A stretch of 64,000 nucleotides of DNA from Fidelibacterota bacterium (GCA_021734325.1 JAIPJF010000017.1:5252-69251); one strand, 5' to 3'. Shown: positions 41,600 to 52,318, counted from the first letter of the stretch. The notes: generated by a model from the letters alone, not told the origin. Translations and numbers: made by a program.

Positions 41600-42259
41600 T
41601 TACAATCTATCTGCGTTCTTCTCAAGATAGGTGGCAACGCCAAGGAAGTTTTCCTTCATGCCCTCATCACCTTCTTGCCAGCCTGCAGGACAGACTTCGC
41701 CATGCTCCTGATTGAAAGTCAGAGCGTCTACCATGCGCAACATTTCATCAACATTCCTGCCGAGTGGCAAATCATTGATGACTGCATGACGGATTATGCC
41801 ATCCTCATCAATTAGAAAGGAAGCTCTTAAAGCCTTTTCTCCTCCAACAGTTGTTTCCTCTTCTCCCTCATCAGTGAGAACGGTGGCCGGTGTGGATCCA
41901 TCCAGAACATCATAGGCTCTAGCTATTTTTTTATCCAGGTCAGCAAGGATGGGATATTGAATATTTCCGATTCCGCCATTCTTTGTGTCTGTATTCTTCC
42001 ATCCAAAATGACTCCATTTTGAATCAACTGAGCAGCCAATAACCTGAACATTGCGTTTTTCAAATTCTGGGAGACGATGATCAAAAGCGAGAATCTCGGT
42101 CGGGCAGACAAATGTGAAATCAAGAGGATAAAAGAACAGCACAACTTTTTTTCCCTTATAATCAGAAAGACTGATCTCTTTAAAGCTGTTATCTCCCATA
42201 ATCGCAGTTGCTGTAAATTGTGGTGCAGGTTTCGTAACTAACATTGTTTCATTCTCCAT
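41600..42259 (-). CDS. ahpC: typical 2-Cys peroxiredoxin (AhpC/Prx1)
   Basis: [23 protein letters not shown] and resolving VCPAGW. Confidence 0.95.
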   Translation of the reverse strand: MENETMLVTKPAPQFTATAIMGDNSFKEISLSDYKGKKVVLFFYPLDFTFVCPTEILAFDHRLPEFEKRNVQVIGCSVDSKWSHFGWKNTDTKNGGIGNIQYPILADLDKKIARAYDVLDGSTPATVLTDEGEEETTVGGEKALRASFLIDEDGIIRHAVINDLPLGRNVDEMLRMVDALTFNQEHGEVCPAGWQEGDEGMKENFLGVATYLEKNADRL

Positions 42260-42272
42260 ATAGGGTAAAGTT

Positions 42273-42291
42273 AATAGTAATCATTACTGTT
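42273..42291. promoter_or_regulatory. PerR/Fur-like operator upstream of the peroxiredoxin
   Basis: AATAGTAAT-C-ATTACTGTT, a 9-1-9 inverted repeat with one mismatch, 14-32 nt upstream of the ahpC start. Confidence 0.6.
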
Positions 42292-42423
42292 TAATATAAT
42301 TACGATTTATGCAGTAACAAGGATTTCAAGGAATAAATTATTTGCGCAATGTGCCTATTGCACAAAGGAAGTGCAAAGCTGATACAACACTCATTTTTTT
42401 GGGTTAGATAAAGGAATTGTCAC

Positions 42424-42849
42424 ATGAAAATTAGTTTTCAAGTTATTATGTCAGTGATACTGGTATTCCCAATATTCATAAATGCTCAAATTCAGGACAT
42501 GTATATTTCATCTACAGTAGAGAAATATTTTGACCGGAATAGAACAGCCCCAACTTTGATGTCTGTTGATGTTGTTGATGATTATATGTATGGCAGAACT
42601 TTGAAGCTCGTGATCAGAGGGCATAGAAATAGTAAGAATGAAGATATCGGATTTGCTTTTGGAGCCGCAGCTGCAATTGCCGCCAAAGCTAACATCCCTA
42701 TGGAGACTTTATGGGTTGAGATGGAAATCCGTTATAAGACTATGGAAACAACAATCGCAGTAGCACCGGCACCCTGCAGCATCGAGGCAATTGTTTACAA
42801 ATCCAGAAGTTTTGGATTCTGGTGGGAGAGTTGTTTAAATTTTCTCTAG
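42424..42849 (+). CDS. exported hypothetical protein
   Basis: AAGGA RBS and signal peptide (..FINA|Q); no recognised family. Confidence 0.75.
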   Translation: MKISFQVIMSVILVFPIFINAQIQDMYISSTVEKYFDRNRTAPTLMSVDVVDDYMYGRTLKLVIRGHRNSKNEDIGFAFGAAAAIAAKANIPMETLWVEMEIRYKTMETTIAVAPAPCSIEAIVYKSRSFGFWWESCLNFL

Positions 42850-42921
42850 ACATCATTTACTCATTCATGATAGGGTGGAGTGATCCTCGATAAAAGCCTA
42901 TCACATTTACCACGATGCTGT

Positions 42922-42950
42922 TTGGATTGCCGTCAGCGCCCAATTAGATT
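42922..42950 (+). promoter_or_regulatory. putative sigma70 promoter of the yajC-def-fmt operon
   Basis: TTGGAT, 17 nt, TAGATT; same -10 hexamer as the rplM promoter. Confidence 0.45.
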
Positions 42951-42988
42951 AGCTCGGTTTTTAACTAGCAAGGAGTTTTAAAGGAACT

Positions 42989-43300
42989 ATGATTACGAAT
43001 ATTTTATTAATGGCCGCACCGGCAGGTGGGGAAGCAGGGAATCCTATTTTAAGTTTTTTACCAATAATATTAATGTTTGGTGTATTCTATTTTTTACTCA
43101 TCAGACCACAGTCCAAGCGCCAGAAAGAAGCAGATAAAATGAGATCTGAACTTAAAAAGGGTGATCATATCATCACATCTGGTGGCATACATGGGACCAT
43201 CGAAGGTATAAAAGATAACGATGTTCTGTTGGTAAAAACAGGCACCGATACAAAATTACATGTAAGTAGATCGGCAGTTACAACCGTAAAAACCAAGTAA
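42989..43300 (+). CDS. yajC: preprotein translocase subunit YajC
   Basis: FYFLLIRPQSKRQK and LKKGDHIITSGGIHG. Confidence 0.96.
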   Translation: MITNILLMAAPAGGEAGNPILSFLPIILMFGVFYFLLIRPQSKRQKEADKMRSELKKGDHIITSGGIHGTIEGIKDNDVLLVKTGTDTKLHVSRSAVTTVKTK

Positions 43301-43302
43301 TA

Positions 43303-43842
43303 ATGCTTTACGAGATTCAAACATATGGGAAAGATATCCTACGTCAGAAGACGGAGAAGATAGGAAATATTGATGATTCAGTCAGAGAGATCGTTTCCAA
43401 CATGTTTGAAACGATGTATGCAGCTGAAGGTATAGGCCTGGCAGCTCCACAGATCGGAAAATCGATACGTTTATTTGTCATTGATCTCAGCCCCATTGAT
43501 GAGTCTGAAAAAAAACGTGTCTTCATCAATCCCGAAATTTATGAATATGGGAAAGAAACTGAGGATATCGAAGAAGGTTGTTTGAGTATCCCCACAGTTC
43601 GAGAGATTGTTACACGTCCAGCACGAATAAAAATTCGCTATCAAACCTTGGATGGACAACACGTGGATGAAGAGGTTGACGATTTTCTGTCGAGGGTGAT
43701 CCAGCATGAATATGATCACCTGGAACGTACTCTCTTTGTTGATCACCTCAGTACCTTGAAGCGATCACTTTTGAAAAAAACGTTAAATCAGATCTCTCGA
43801 GGAGAGATTGAGGTTGAAGCTTCAGAAAATTATGAACTTTGA
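43303..43842 (+). CDS. def: peptide deformylase
   Basis: GIGLAAPQ, EGCLS and QHEYDHL. Confidence 0.97.
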   Translation: MLYEIQTYGKDILRQKTEKIGNIDDSVREIVSNMFETMYAAEGIGLAAPQIGKSIRLFVIDLSPIDESEKKRVFINPEIYEYGKETEDIEEGCLSIPTVREIVTRPARIKIRYQTLDGQHVDEEVDDFLSRVIQHEYDHLERTLFVDHLSTLKRSLLKKTLNQISRGEIEVEASENYEL

Positions 43843-43882
43843 TCTGCTTAATGTCGGATAATCACATTTAGCTATCCCCATT

Positions 43883-44821
43883 ATGAACAAACGCTCTCCA
43901 CTTAAAATAATTTTTATGGGTACCCCTGACTTTGCTGTCCCCTCACTCCAATTATTAGACGAGAGTCCACACAAGATTCAAGCTGTCGTCACCGTACCTG
44001 ATAAACCGCAAGGCAGAGGTCGGAGCGTTCGACTCTCCGCAGTAAAAGATGCAGCAATCAAACTAGAATTACCTGTGATCCAGCCTCAGAGTTTGGATGA
44101 TATTGGATTTATCGAAGAATTAACTGCCTACCAACCAGATGTCATTGTGGTTGTGGCGTTTCAGATATTGCCCAAGGAAGTATTTCTAATCCCAAAGTTT
44201 GGGGCGTTTAATTTACATGCTTCCCTTCTGCCAAAATACAGAGGGGCTGCCCCCATTCATTGGGCACTGTTAAATGGTGACACAGAAACAGGTGTATCTA
44301 CCTTTTTCTTGAAATCTAGAGTCGACACAGGAAATATTATTTCCCAAAAAAAAATACCAATTGCCCCAGAGGATAATCTACAATCTTTATATGAAAAACT
44401 GAGCGTACTGGGCGCTAAGCTTGTTATGCAAACAGTTGATCAAATCGCCGAAGGTGTGGCCGATGCAATTGAACAGGATGACACTTTTGCCACACCGGCA
44501 CCGAAAGTGACCACAGAAACTCAATTACTCGATTTTAAGGAAGACTGTACACTGTGTCATAATCGGGTAAGAGCCTTTTCGCCAAAACCGGGGGCGTATA
44601 CTTACAAAAATGGGGTACGCCTGAAAATTCTTCGAACTGAGGTTTCGAAGATTCAAGGTGAGCCAGGGCTGGTGACGTGGGTTTCACCCCAGAGTTTTGC
44701 CATCGGATGTGGGAAGGGTTCGCTTATTGTTCAAACAGTGCAACCTGAGAGTAAAAAAGCCATGCAGGCAGTTGCATATATGCTCGGGAACCCAGTGCGA
44801 GTAGGAGATCATTTTGGCTGA
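43883..44821 (+). CDS. fmt: methionyl-tRNA formyltransferase
   Basis: FMGTPDFA and NLHASLLPKYRGAAPI. Confidence 0.97.
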   Translation: MNKRSPLKIIFMGTPDFAVPSLQLLDESPHKIQAVVTVPDKPQGRGRSVRLSAVKDAAIKLELPVIQPQSLDDIGFIEELTAYQPDVIVVVAFQILPKEVFLIPKFGAFNLHASLLPKYRGAAPIHWALLNGDTETGVSTFFLKSRVDTGNIISQKKIPIAPEDNLQSLYEKLSVLGAKLVMQTVDQIAEGVADAIEQDDTFATPAPKVTTETQLLDFKEDCTLCHNRVRAFSPKPGAYTYKNGVRLKILRTEVSKIQGEPGLVTWVSPQSFAIGCGKGSLIVQTVQPESKKAMQAVAYMLGNPVRVGDHFG

Positions 44822-46142
44822 TACTCCTCGTGAGCTTGCCTATCGTACGCTTCTGGATGCAGAAAGGAATAGTACCCGCTCAATTGATGAAATTCTAAGT
44901 GACCAACTGTCACACAGCCAATTCTCTGCACAGGAAAAGGCATGGATTCTGGAGCTTGTATATGGGACAACCCGCATGAAGCTCCAATTGGATACCTGGA
45001 TCCAGAGTGCATATACTGGTCGTTATCTCAAGGCACAATATGCCATCAAAGTTTTACTACGTCTGGGTGTTTTTCAGCTAAAATTTATGAAAACAGCTGA
45101 ACATGCCGCAATAAACGAAACAGTAAATTTATCAAAAAAGGTTGGTCAAAAGGGAGCGAGTCGATTGATCAACGCTGTTTTACGCCAGATTCAAACGAGA
45201 GAATTTGATGAGATCCTCGACAAGATCAATGACCCGACAGAGAAAATCGCCATTGAAACATCTCATCCTGTGTGGATGGTAGGAAATTGGCTAGCGCGGT
45301 ATGAAACAGATGAAGTCTTCGCTTTATGCAGGCACAATAACACATCACCACAAACATGGATCCGAAGAAATATCCAGCAGGTTGACGCTTTGGATTTTGA
45401 GAATTATTTTGAGCGATTAGGGGTTCAATATCAAAAGTCAAACCTTCTAGAACAATTCTATCTGATTGATTCCGGTGCGGTTTTATTAAATACATCTGAA
45501 TTTCACAAGGGCTATTTTTCATTCCAGGACCTGGCAGCGGGGTTGGTCGCCAATCTGATTCACCCTCGTGAAGGGGAAACGATAATTGATGCCTGTGCTG
45601 CTCCAGGAGGAAAAATGGCCTTTCTTTCTGAATTGAGCAGAGGCGGCTCCAAAATTATTGCCTGCGATGCCAGCAGCTCGCGGCTGAGGAGAGTGAGGCA
45701 GACGGTTGAACGATTAAAGTTGAGTCAAGTATCCATCGTCGAACTGGATGCGAGTGCAGATGCTTTCACTGAAGCTGATAAAATTCTTCTTGATGTACCA
45801 TGTTCCGGAACCGGAGTCCTAAACCGACGACCAGATGCACGATGGAGAAGACAGCCTCATGATATCGCTGCGCTGACAGTCATTCAGGGCAAAATTCTAC
45901 TGAATACCTGGAAATATTTAAAGCCAGGTGGTATGCTGATCTATGCAACATGTACCCTTGAGCCGAGCGAAAACTGGGACCTGATTGACTCAGTTTTAGG
46001 AAATCTTAATGATGCTCAGCTTGAGCCCATAGAGGATGAAAAGCTCAAACCTTATATTGATGAGAGGGGTGCATTGTCTACATTACCCTGGCGTGATGGA
46101 ATGGATGGAATGTTTGCAGTGAAAATTAGAAAAATGTCATGA
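44814..46142 (+). CDS. rsmB: 16S rRNA m5C967 methyltransferase RsmB/Sun
   Basis: NusB-like N-terminus, DACAAPGGK, DVPCSGTG and YATCTL. Confidence 0.93.
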   Translation: MADTPRELAYRTLLDAERNSTRSIDEILSDQLSHSQFSAQEKAWILELVYGTTRMKLQLDTWIQSAYTGRYLKAQYAIKVLLRLGVFQLKFMKTAEHAAINETVNLSKKVGQKGASRLINAVLRQIQTREFDEILDKINDPTEKIAIETSHPVWMVGNWLARYETDEVFALCRHNNTSPQTWIRRNIQQVDALDFENYFERLGVQYQKSNLLEQFYLIDSGAVLLNTSEFHKGYFSFQDLAAGLVANLIHPREGETIIDACAAPGGKMAFLSELSRGGSKIIACDASSSRLRRVRQTVERLKLSQVSIVELDASADAFTEADKILLDVPCSGTGVLNRRPDARWRRQPHDIAALTVIQGKILLNTWKYLKPGGMLIYATCTLEPSENWDLIDSVLGNLNDAQLEPIEDEKLKPYIDERGALSTLPWRDGMDGMFAVKIRKMS

Positions 46143-46867
46143 AAATAGTCAGAGATTATATACTCATATTAGGGGTGATTGGATTATTAATTGGCCTTTT
46201 ATTTAATAATATCATTTTACCTTTATATGTGAATTGGAATGATGAGATCCGGGTCCCGAGCCTGACGCACACAGACTTGACCGAAGCTGAAAAAATCCTC
46301 ACAGAAAGAAAATTGCACTTCGCAGTGAAGGATACCGTTTATCGAAGGGATATTCCAGATCGATTTATCATGGATCAATATCCTGAGGCAGGTCAGATGG
46401 TTAAGGAGAATCGAAAAATTCAGCTAACCATCAGTCTTCCTCCAGCCAAACTTGAGATGCCTGATCTTATCGCAATAACTCAAAGACAAGCCGCCATTGC
46501 ATTGGAGAAATTGGGTTTGATGCTTTCTGCAGTGTATACTGATTCATCCGATCTGTATGAGAAAACAGTTGTGATAGAACAATCTGTTGCTGCTGGTTTA
46601 CCCGTAGCCCCAGGTGACTCCATTTACCTCACTGTGAGCCTGGGTAAGAGGAACCTGAAGAAAACGATGCCCGATCTGCTTAATAAGGGATTGGATGAGG
46701 CTGAGAGGGTACTCCAGAAGAGGGGTTTTACTCTGGGAGAAATTACCTTCACTGAAAGTGATGAATTGCTTCCAAATACAGTTGTTTCGCAATCCATTGC
46801 TTCTGGGAAGGTTTTTCCCAAAGAAAGAATGGTTACTGTTGATCTTATCATTACAGAAGGGTTCTAA
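46139..46867 (+). CDS. membrane-anchored protein with three PASTA domains
   Basis: N-terminal TM and three repeats starting VPSL/MPDL/MPDL. Confidence 0.9.
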   Translation: MKIVRDYILILGVIGLLIGLLFNNIILPLYVNWNDEIRVPSLTHTDLTEAEKILTERKLHFAVKDTVYRRDIPDRFIMDQYPEAGQMVKENRKIQLTISLPPAKLEMPDLIAITQRQAAIALEKLGLMLSAVYTDSSDLYEKTVVIEQSVAAGLPVAPGDSIYLTVSLGKRNLKKTMPDLLNKGLDEAERVLQKRGFTLGEITFTESDELLPNTVVSQSIASGKVFPKERMVTVDLIITEGF

Positions 46868-47532
46868 TGAGTCTCTTGACAGCTCCACAAATAGCACCAT
46901 CCGTCTTAGCAGCTGATTTCTCCCGTCTTGGTGCTGAAGTACAATCAGTCCAGGATGCCGGTGGAAAAATTCTGCATTTAGACGTAATGGATGGCCATTA
47001 TGTTCCGAATTTGAGTTTTGGACCTCTGGTTGTCAAGGCACTGAGAGAAACCAGTAATATGCTACTTGAAGCCCATCTCATGATATCTTACCCGGATAAA
47101 TATATTGAAAGTTTTATTCGAGCAGGGGCTGATATCATTCTCGTTCACCCATCGACCTGTCCATCCACACGAGATACGTTACGCTCCATTCATTCGCTTG
47201 GAGTAAAAGCCGGACTGGTTATCAATCCAGATGAAAACATTTCGCTGATCGATCCCTATCTGGATGAAATGGATCAACTGTTAATTATGTCAGTATTCCC
47301 TGGTTTTGGGGGACAGAAATTTATTCCCAGTGTTCTCTCACAAATTCCCCTGTACTTGCCACGGCTTGCAGAGAATGGAATTTTGCTCGAAATTGATGGA
47401 GGTATTAATCTTGAAACCATCGGATCCCTTAAGGATATGGGGATCGATCGATTTGTCGCCGGATCGGCCGTTTTTAACAAGACCTATACTCCAGGTGAAA
47501 ATTATCTCAAACTATTAAGTCAAATTTCTTGA
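46867..47532 (+). CDS. rpe: ribulose-phosphate 3-epimerase
   Basis: IAPSVLAADF, HLDVMDGH, MSVFPGFGGQ and EIDGGI. Confidence 0.97.
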   Translation: MSLLTAPQIAPSVLAADFSRLGAEVQSVQDAGGKILHLDVMDGHYVPNLSFGPLVVKALRETSNMLLEAHLMISYPDKYIESFIRAGADIILVHPSTCPSTRDTLRSIHSLGVKAGLVINPDENISLIDPYLDEMDQLLIMSVFPGFGGQKFIPSVLSQIPLYLPRLAENGILLEIDGGINLETIGSLKDMGIDRFVAGSAVFNKTYTPGENYLKLLSQIS

Positions 47533-47538
47533 GATTAA

Positions 47539-48126
47539 ATGGCCCTATCTGAACTTCGCACCCATGAGATAGTACGCAAAGCTATTCACATCAGTAGCTC
47601 CGCAATACCCTTGTTGTACTGGTTCATATTCACCAGAGATGTGATGCTCCGAGGGGTTTTGATCCTTGCCTTTGGATTTCTGCTCGCGGAATACCTGCGA
47701 CTTCATTTTTCCCAAATAAGAAAGATCTTTATGTTGATATTTGGATCAGCCATACGAAATCATGAGCATGAGAAGTTGACAGGTGCCACATATGTCTTTA
47801 CCGGTGCTGTATTGAGTATTTTCCTTTTTTCTAAAGAGGTCGCAGTCACTTCATTACTAATATTATCCGTATCTGACACACTTGCTGCTTTGATCGGGAT
47901 CCCTTTCGGGAAGCATAAATTTCTCTCAAAATCCTTTGAGGGGAGTACGGCATTTTTTCTCTCAACATTGATTATTCTGTCCATTTTTATACCACAACAA
48001 GTATTGCTGAATGTAATTATATCAATCGCCCTCACCTTATTGGAAGCATCTCCAATAAGGATTGATGATAACTTTTCAATTCCGCTGCTGGCAGGTTGTC
48101 TACTGAGTTTGACAAGTCTTTTATGA
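47539..48126 (+). CDS. SEC59/VTE5/DGK1-like polyprenol or diacylglycerol kinase family membrane protein
   Basis: RKAIH, SDTLAALIG, KSFEGS and DDNFSIP. Confidence 0.85.
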   Translation: MALSELRTHEIVRKAIHISSSAIPLLYWFIFTRDVMLRGVLILAFGFLLAEYLRLHFSQIRKIFMLIFGSAIRNHEHEKLTGATYVFTGAVLSIFLFSKEVAVTSLLILSVSDTLAALIGIPFGKHKFLSKSFEGSTAFFLSTLIILSIFIPQQVLLNVIISIALTLLEASPIRIDDNFSIPLLAGCLLSLTSLL

Positions 48127-48145
48127 TTAATATTTAGGTGTACTG

Positions 48146-50098
48146 ATGACTTTCCTCAGTCCCATATTCTTGTGGTTTGTACCGCTCGCCCTCATTCCCA
48201 TATTAATTCATCTACTGGCAAAGCAGAGAAGTAAACTACTCGAATTTCCCTCGCTCATCTTTCTCAAACTGCTTGAACAGGATGCCTTGCGAAAATTCAA
48301 TATTAAGCAGCTGATATTATTGATTATAAGAACATTAATAATCCTGTTGATCATTTTGTCTTTTGCTCGTCCACATTTAAATGTTGAGCGGAGTTGGAAT
48401 TTGAGTACACATGCAGTGGATTTGTTAGTCGTGGCCATCGATAATACAGCCTCAAATCATGCAAATATCACGACGCAATCCGATACATGGTTTGAACAAA
48501 TGGTGACTGCCATGGAATCACATGGTATCAAAGTTTACTTTTGCGCGCTGAATGATTTGATTTTGCATGAGGATTTCTTGGAGATTGTGCCAGGATATTC
48601 AGACATAACTCCTGATGATATTGAGTCGAAGTTGGGCGAGCAAATAGATCTGGATCAATTTAGGAGTAAAACCATTATTTGGGTGGGAGACGGTCAAGAT
48701 ATTGTGAGTAAGCTGAGTCCACTGAATAATTGGGATAAATACTTATTAAAATACCATGCGCTACGTGATTTTGGACTTTTGTCAGTAAAGCTACCCCCTC
48801 GAACGCTTAGACAAGGGGATAGCTATACCTTAGGATTGAATGTAGGTATACTTGGTGAGGACCCGGCAGTGTCATTAGAGCTAAATATTAATGACAGAAG
48901 AGTAAATCAATCGATCGTAACGGAAGAAAATAGTTACATTGAACTAAGTACTCGTGTTGAAGAACCTGGCTTTCAGGAAGGTCACGTTGAAATTGAAAAT
49001 GATGAGAACAATTTCAATAACCATCAATATTTTGTGCTAAAAGCAGGAGGTAGCATTCCCGTTCAGATATTACGCTCCCCAAGGACCCCTGACTACTGGA
49101 GGATTATTGCGTCCGCAATAAATAATGGGAATCTGAATCTCGATATTCAATTGTTAAGCTATGCCGGTCTTGAAGATTTAAATTTGAGTCAAGGCGGAAC
49201 GGTCATTGTTGATGACGCAAGTCAAATTGCAGACTATACATGGAACAGACTGAAAACCTTTGCCTCATTAGGTGGACAGGTACTTCTTTTTGGGAATGGC
49301 GGGGAAAGAATGAATCAATTACTCCATTTTTCAAGTCCTCCCAGGGTTGAGAGCTCTCAATTCCCATACGGTCTTGTCTATACTGAATCAGCACGGAAAG
49401 GGTTGAGTGCAAATGCTCTGGAAAAGGTAATTTCGGAAAACCGGCTAAAAGTATATAAACGATTGAACATTGCATCAGAGGAACTAGACGATACCTGGAT
49501 ACGATATTCTGATAATCAGCCTTTCTTGGGAGCAACTGGTATTCAGGGTGGAAGAATAGTGTGGTTCAATACTCAATTTGATGTGGAGGCTAATAATCTG
49601 CCTTTGCTAGGTGTATTTCCAACACTCATATTCCAACTCTGCCAGTATCAACATGAACAGACGGCTCTCGACCCATTCAATGCAATCATCGGAGATACTT
49701 TGCACTTTCTTCCTACAGTTCAGTCAAATGGTTCCACACTTTTTAGCATTCAAAGGCCTGATGGGACTGTTGATTTTCAAGCACCCGATTCGAATTATGT
49801 AATCCACTATACTCGAACTGATCTTCCGGGGATATATAGATTTATGCAGGGTCGACAAATTATGAATGCTGTGGCTGTGAATATCTCTACCCATGAGAGC
49901 AAGGCGTATTTTGAAAATGATGGTATTAATGAATCAGATATTTCCCAAATTCAGAATGGAGCATCCCTTATTGAAGAGATCGTGAAAACAAAGAGGGGTG
50001 TTCCCCTATGGCCGATATTTTTATTAATGATATTCGGGCTCATGATTTTAGAGACATATTTAGCGAGGATAAAATCTACATGGCGTCAGAATGATTGA
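48146..50098 (+). CDS. BatA N-terminal domain/vWA-like membrane protein
   Basis: MTFLSP...PILIHL, FPSLIFL, ARP, DNTAS and C-terminal LWPIFL TM. Confidence 0.8.
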   Translation: MTFLSPIFLWFVPLALIPILIHLLAKQRSKLLEFPSLIFLKLLEQDALRKFNIKQLILLIIRTLIILLIILSFARPHLNVERSWNLSTHAVDLLVVAIDNTASNHANITTQSDTWFEQMVTAMESHGIKVYFCALNDLILHEDFLEIVPGYSDITPDDIESKLGEQIDLDQFRSKTIIWVGDGQDIVSKLSPLNNWDKYLLKYHALRDFGLLSVKLPPRTLRQGDSYTLGLNVGILGEDPAVSLELNINDRRVNQSIVTEENSYIELSTRVEEPGFQEGHVEIENDENNFNNHQYFVLKAGGSIPVQILRSPRTPDYWRIIASAINNGNLNLDIQLLSYAGLEDLNLSQGGTVIVDDASQIADYTWNRLKTFASLGGQVLLFGNGGERMNQLLHFSSPPRVESSQFPYGLVYTESARKGLSANALEKVISENRLKVYKRLNIASEELDDTWIRYSDNQPFLGATGIQGGRIVWFNTQFDVEANNLPLLGVFPTLIFQLCQYQHEQTALDPFNAIIGDTLHFLPTVQSNGSTLFSIQRPDGTVDFQAPDSNYVIHYTRTDLPGIYRFMQGRQIMNAVAVNISTHESKAYFENDGINESDISQIQNGASLIEEIVKTKRGVPLWPIFLLMIFGLMILETYLARIKSTWRQND

Positions 50099-51365
50099 AA
50101 CAACAATTGAAAAGGATAAAGCACTATTAATTGGTGTTGTGTATGGCTCACAAACGGTAACTGAGGTTGAGGAGAATTTAGATGAGCTGACCCTGCTTGC
50201 AAATACAGCAGGTGCTGATGTTGTGGGCAGGATAGTCCAAAAACGGAGTCAGATTCATGCTGCCCTCTATGTTGGCAAGGGCAAGATGGAGGAGATAGTC
50301 TCAACCGTTGAGATGCTAAAAGTGAATCTCGTAATCTTTGATGATGAGCTCTCACCGGCGCAGACAAAAAATCTACAGAAAATGCTCGATCATGCCCAGG
50401 TTATAGATCGAAGCAGCCTCATTCTTGACATATTCGTGCGCCATGCAAGTAGCAAGGAATCGAAAACACAAGTAGAGCTTGCACAATTACAATATTTACT
50501 CCCCAGGCTTACGAGAGCGTGGACCCATTTGGAGCGTCAGAGGGGAGCGACATCCACCAGAGGTGGTATGGGTGAAACCCAGATCGAAGTTGATAGGCGT
50601 CTTATTCGAAATCGGATTTCTACGCTCAAGATTGATTTGGAAAAGATTGAGAAGCAGCGGAACACCAGGCGGAAAAATCGAGAGGATATGTTCAAGGTTG
50701 CCTTGGTCGGCTACACGAATGCTGGGAAATCTTCACTGATGAATTTACTCTCAGGTGCAGATGTATTGGTGGAGGATAAGCTTTTTGCCACCTTGGATAC
50801 TACCGTCCGTAAGATCACTGTATTGGAGCAAGAAATTTTATTGAGCGATACAGTTGGATTCATCCATAAGCTTCCACATCACCTGGTTGCATCTTTTAAA
50901 AGCACACTGCAAGAAGTAAGACACGCTGATCTGATATTGAAAATTATCGATTTAAGCTCGCCACAGTATGAGAGGCATCTGGAAACAGTGAACGAAGTAC
51001 TTATGGATATTGGTGTAGCTGAGAATGAGACATTGACTGTCTTTAATAAAATCGATCTGGTAACAGACCACCAGATATTCCGAAGTGCACAGAGAGGTAG
51101 TGAGAAATCAGTTTTGATATCCGTCTCACAACAGATAAACATTAAACAGTTGGAAGTGGCGATATCTGAATTCCGAAGTTCTGATTTTGTAGAAACAACT
51201 TTAAAACTGGATCACTCACAACAAAAATTTCTCGCATCCCTTCGCCTGATTGCAGAAGTGCTGGATATTACCTACGAAGCAGATCATCTAATGGTCAAGA
51301 TCAGAGTACGAAAGGACGCATTGGATCAAATTACAAAGCAAGGTGCCCTTAAAGGAGGTCACTGA
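50091..51365 (+). CDS. hflX: ribosome-splitting GTPase HflX
   Basis: GETQIEVDRR, GYTNAGKS, DTVGF and NKID. Confidence 0.97.
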   Translation: MIETTIEKDKALLIGVVYGSQTVTEVEENLDELTLLANTAGADVVGRIVQKRSQIHAALYVGKGKMEEIVSTVEMLKVNLVIFDDELSPAQTKNLQKMLDHAQVIDRSSLILDIFVRHASSKESKTQVELAQLQYLLPRLTRAWTHLERQRGATSTRGGMGETQIEVDRRLIRNRISTLKIDLEKIEKQRNTRRKNREDMFKVALVGYTNAGKSSLMNLLSGADVLVEDKLFATLDTTVRKITVLEQEILLSDTVGFIHKLPHHLVASFKSTLQEVRHADLILKIIDLSSPQYERHLETVNEVLMDIGVAENETLTVFNKIDLVTDHQIFRSAQRGSEKSVLISVSQQINIKQLEVAISEFRSSDFVETTLKLDHSQQKFLASLRLIAEVLDITYEADHLMVKIRVRKDALDQITKQGALKGGH

Positions 51366-52312
51366 TGTCATCTGTAAAAATAGGTCTGGTGTTGGGAAGT
51401 GGTTCCTCAAGAGGTTGGGCTCATATTGGTGTGATTGAAGCCCTGGAGAAGCATGGTATCGAAATATCTCTGCTGACAGGAGTGAGTGCCGGATCATATA
51501 TTGCTGCCTCGTATGCCGGTGGAGCCCTGGAAAGTGTAAAGCAATTTGCCCTGGGAATGGATTGGAAAAAAGTCCTGTCCTATCTTGATTTGGCATTTCC
51601 AAGATCAGGGTTTATTGAGGGGCAACGTGTTGTTGATCTCATCCAAACGTATATGGATGTCACCTATTTTGAAGAATTCAGGATTCCTGTTCACATGCTT
51701 GCCACAGACATGCTCACAGGCGAGCAGGTCGTTCTTTCTGATGGGAAAATTACCGATGCCTTAAGGGCCAGTATGGCTATACCAGGATTATTGACACCAA
51801 AGAAAATTAATGACCGCTGGCTGGTGGATGGTGGTGTAGTCAATCCTTTGCCAGTAGATGTCTGTCGAGCTATGGGTGCTGATTTCGTCATCGCAGTTGA
51901 CCTGAACTCTGAGCGGATCAATCAAGATAGAATGCAGGAAAACAGTCAAGAGCGTGAGCGGAATTTAGCAGGCATTGAAAAGAAAAGAATTGAGGTTGTA
52001 AAAACCTGGATGAAGCAGTATGGATCCAAAGGGAAAGCTATGAGTACCAAAATCGACAAGTGGTTTAGCCCCCAGGAATCCTCTCCTCATATATTTGAAG
52101 TACTGGGCTCCTCTTTGAACATCATGCAGAAAAAGATCGAAGAGACCAATCTGGAGCACCATCCCCCCGATATTCTCATACAACCAAGGCTTGGTGATCT
52201 GAAACTTTTTGATTTTCATCATGCGGAACGGGCTATAACTGAAGGTTTTCTTCAGGGAGAACAGGCTATCCCGGAGATTTTGGAAAAACTTGAGACTTTC
52301 AGACAAATTTAA
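51365..52312 (+). CDS. patatin-like phospholipase (RssA/NTE family)
   Basis: GSGSSRG, GVSAG and DGG motifs. Confidence 0.92.
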   Translation: MSSVKIGLVLGSGSSRGWAHIGVIEALEKHGIEISLLTGVSAGSYIAASYAGGALESVKQFALGMDWKKVLSYLDLAFPRSGFIEGQRVVDLIQTYMDVTYFEEFRIPVHMLATDMLTGEQVVLSDGKITDALRASMAIPGLLTPKKINDRWLVDGGVVNPLPVDVCRAMGADFVIAVDLNSERINQDRMQENSQERERNLAGIEKKRIEVVKTWMKQYGSKGKAMSTKIDKWFSPQESSPHIFEVLGSSLNIMQKKIEETNLEHHPPDILIQPRLGDLKLFDFHHAERAITEGFLQGEQAIPEILEKLETFRQI

Positions 52313-52318
52313 TTTTTA

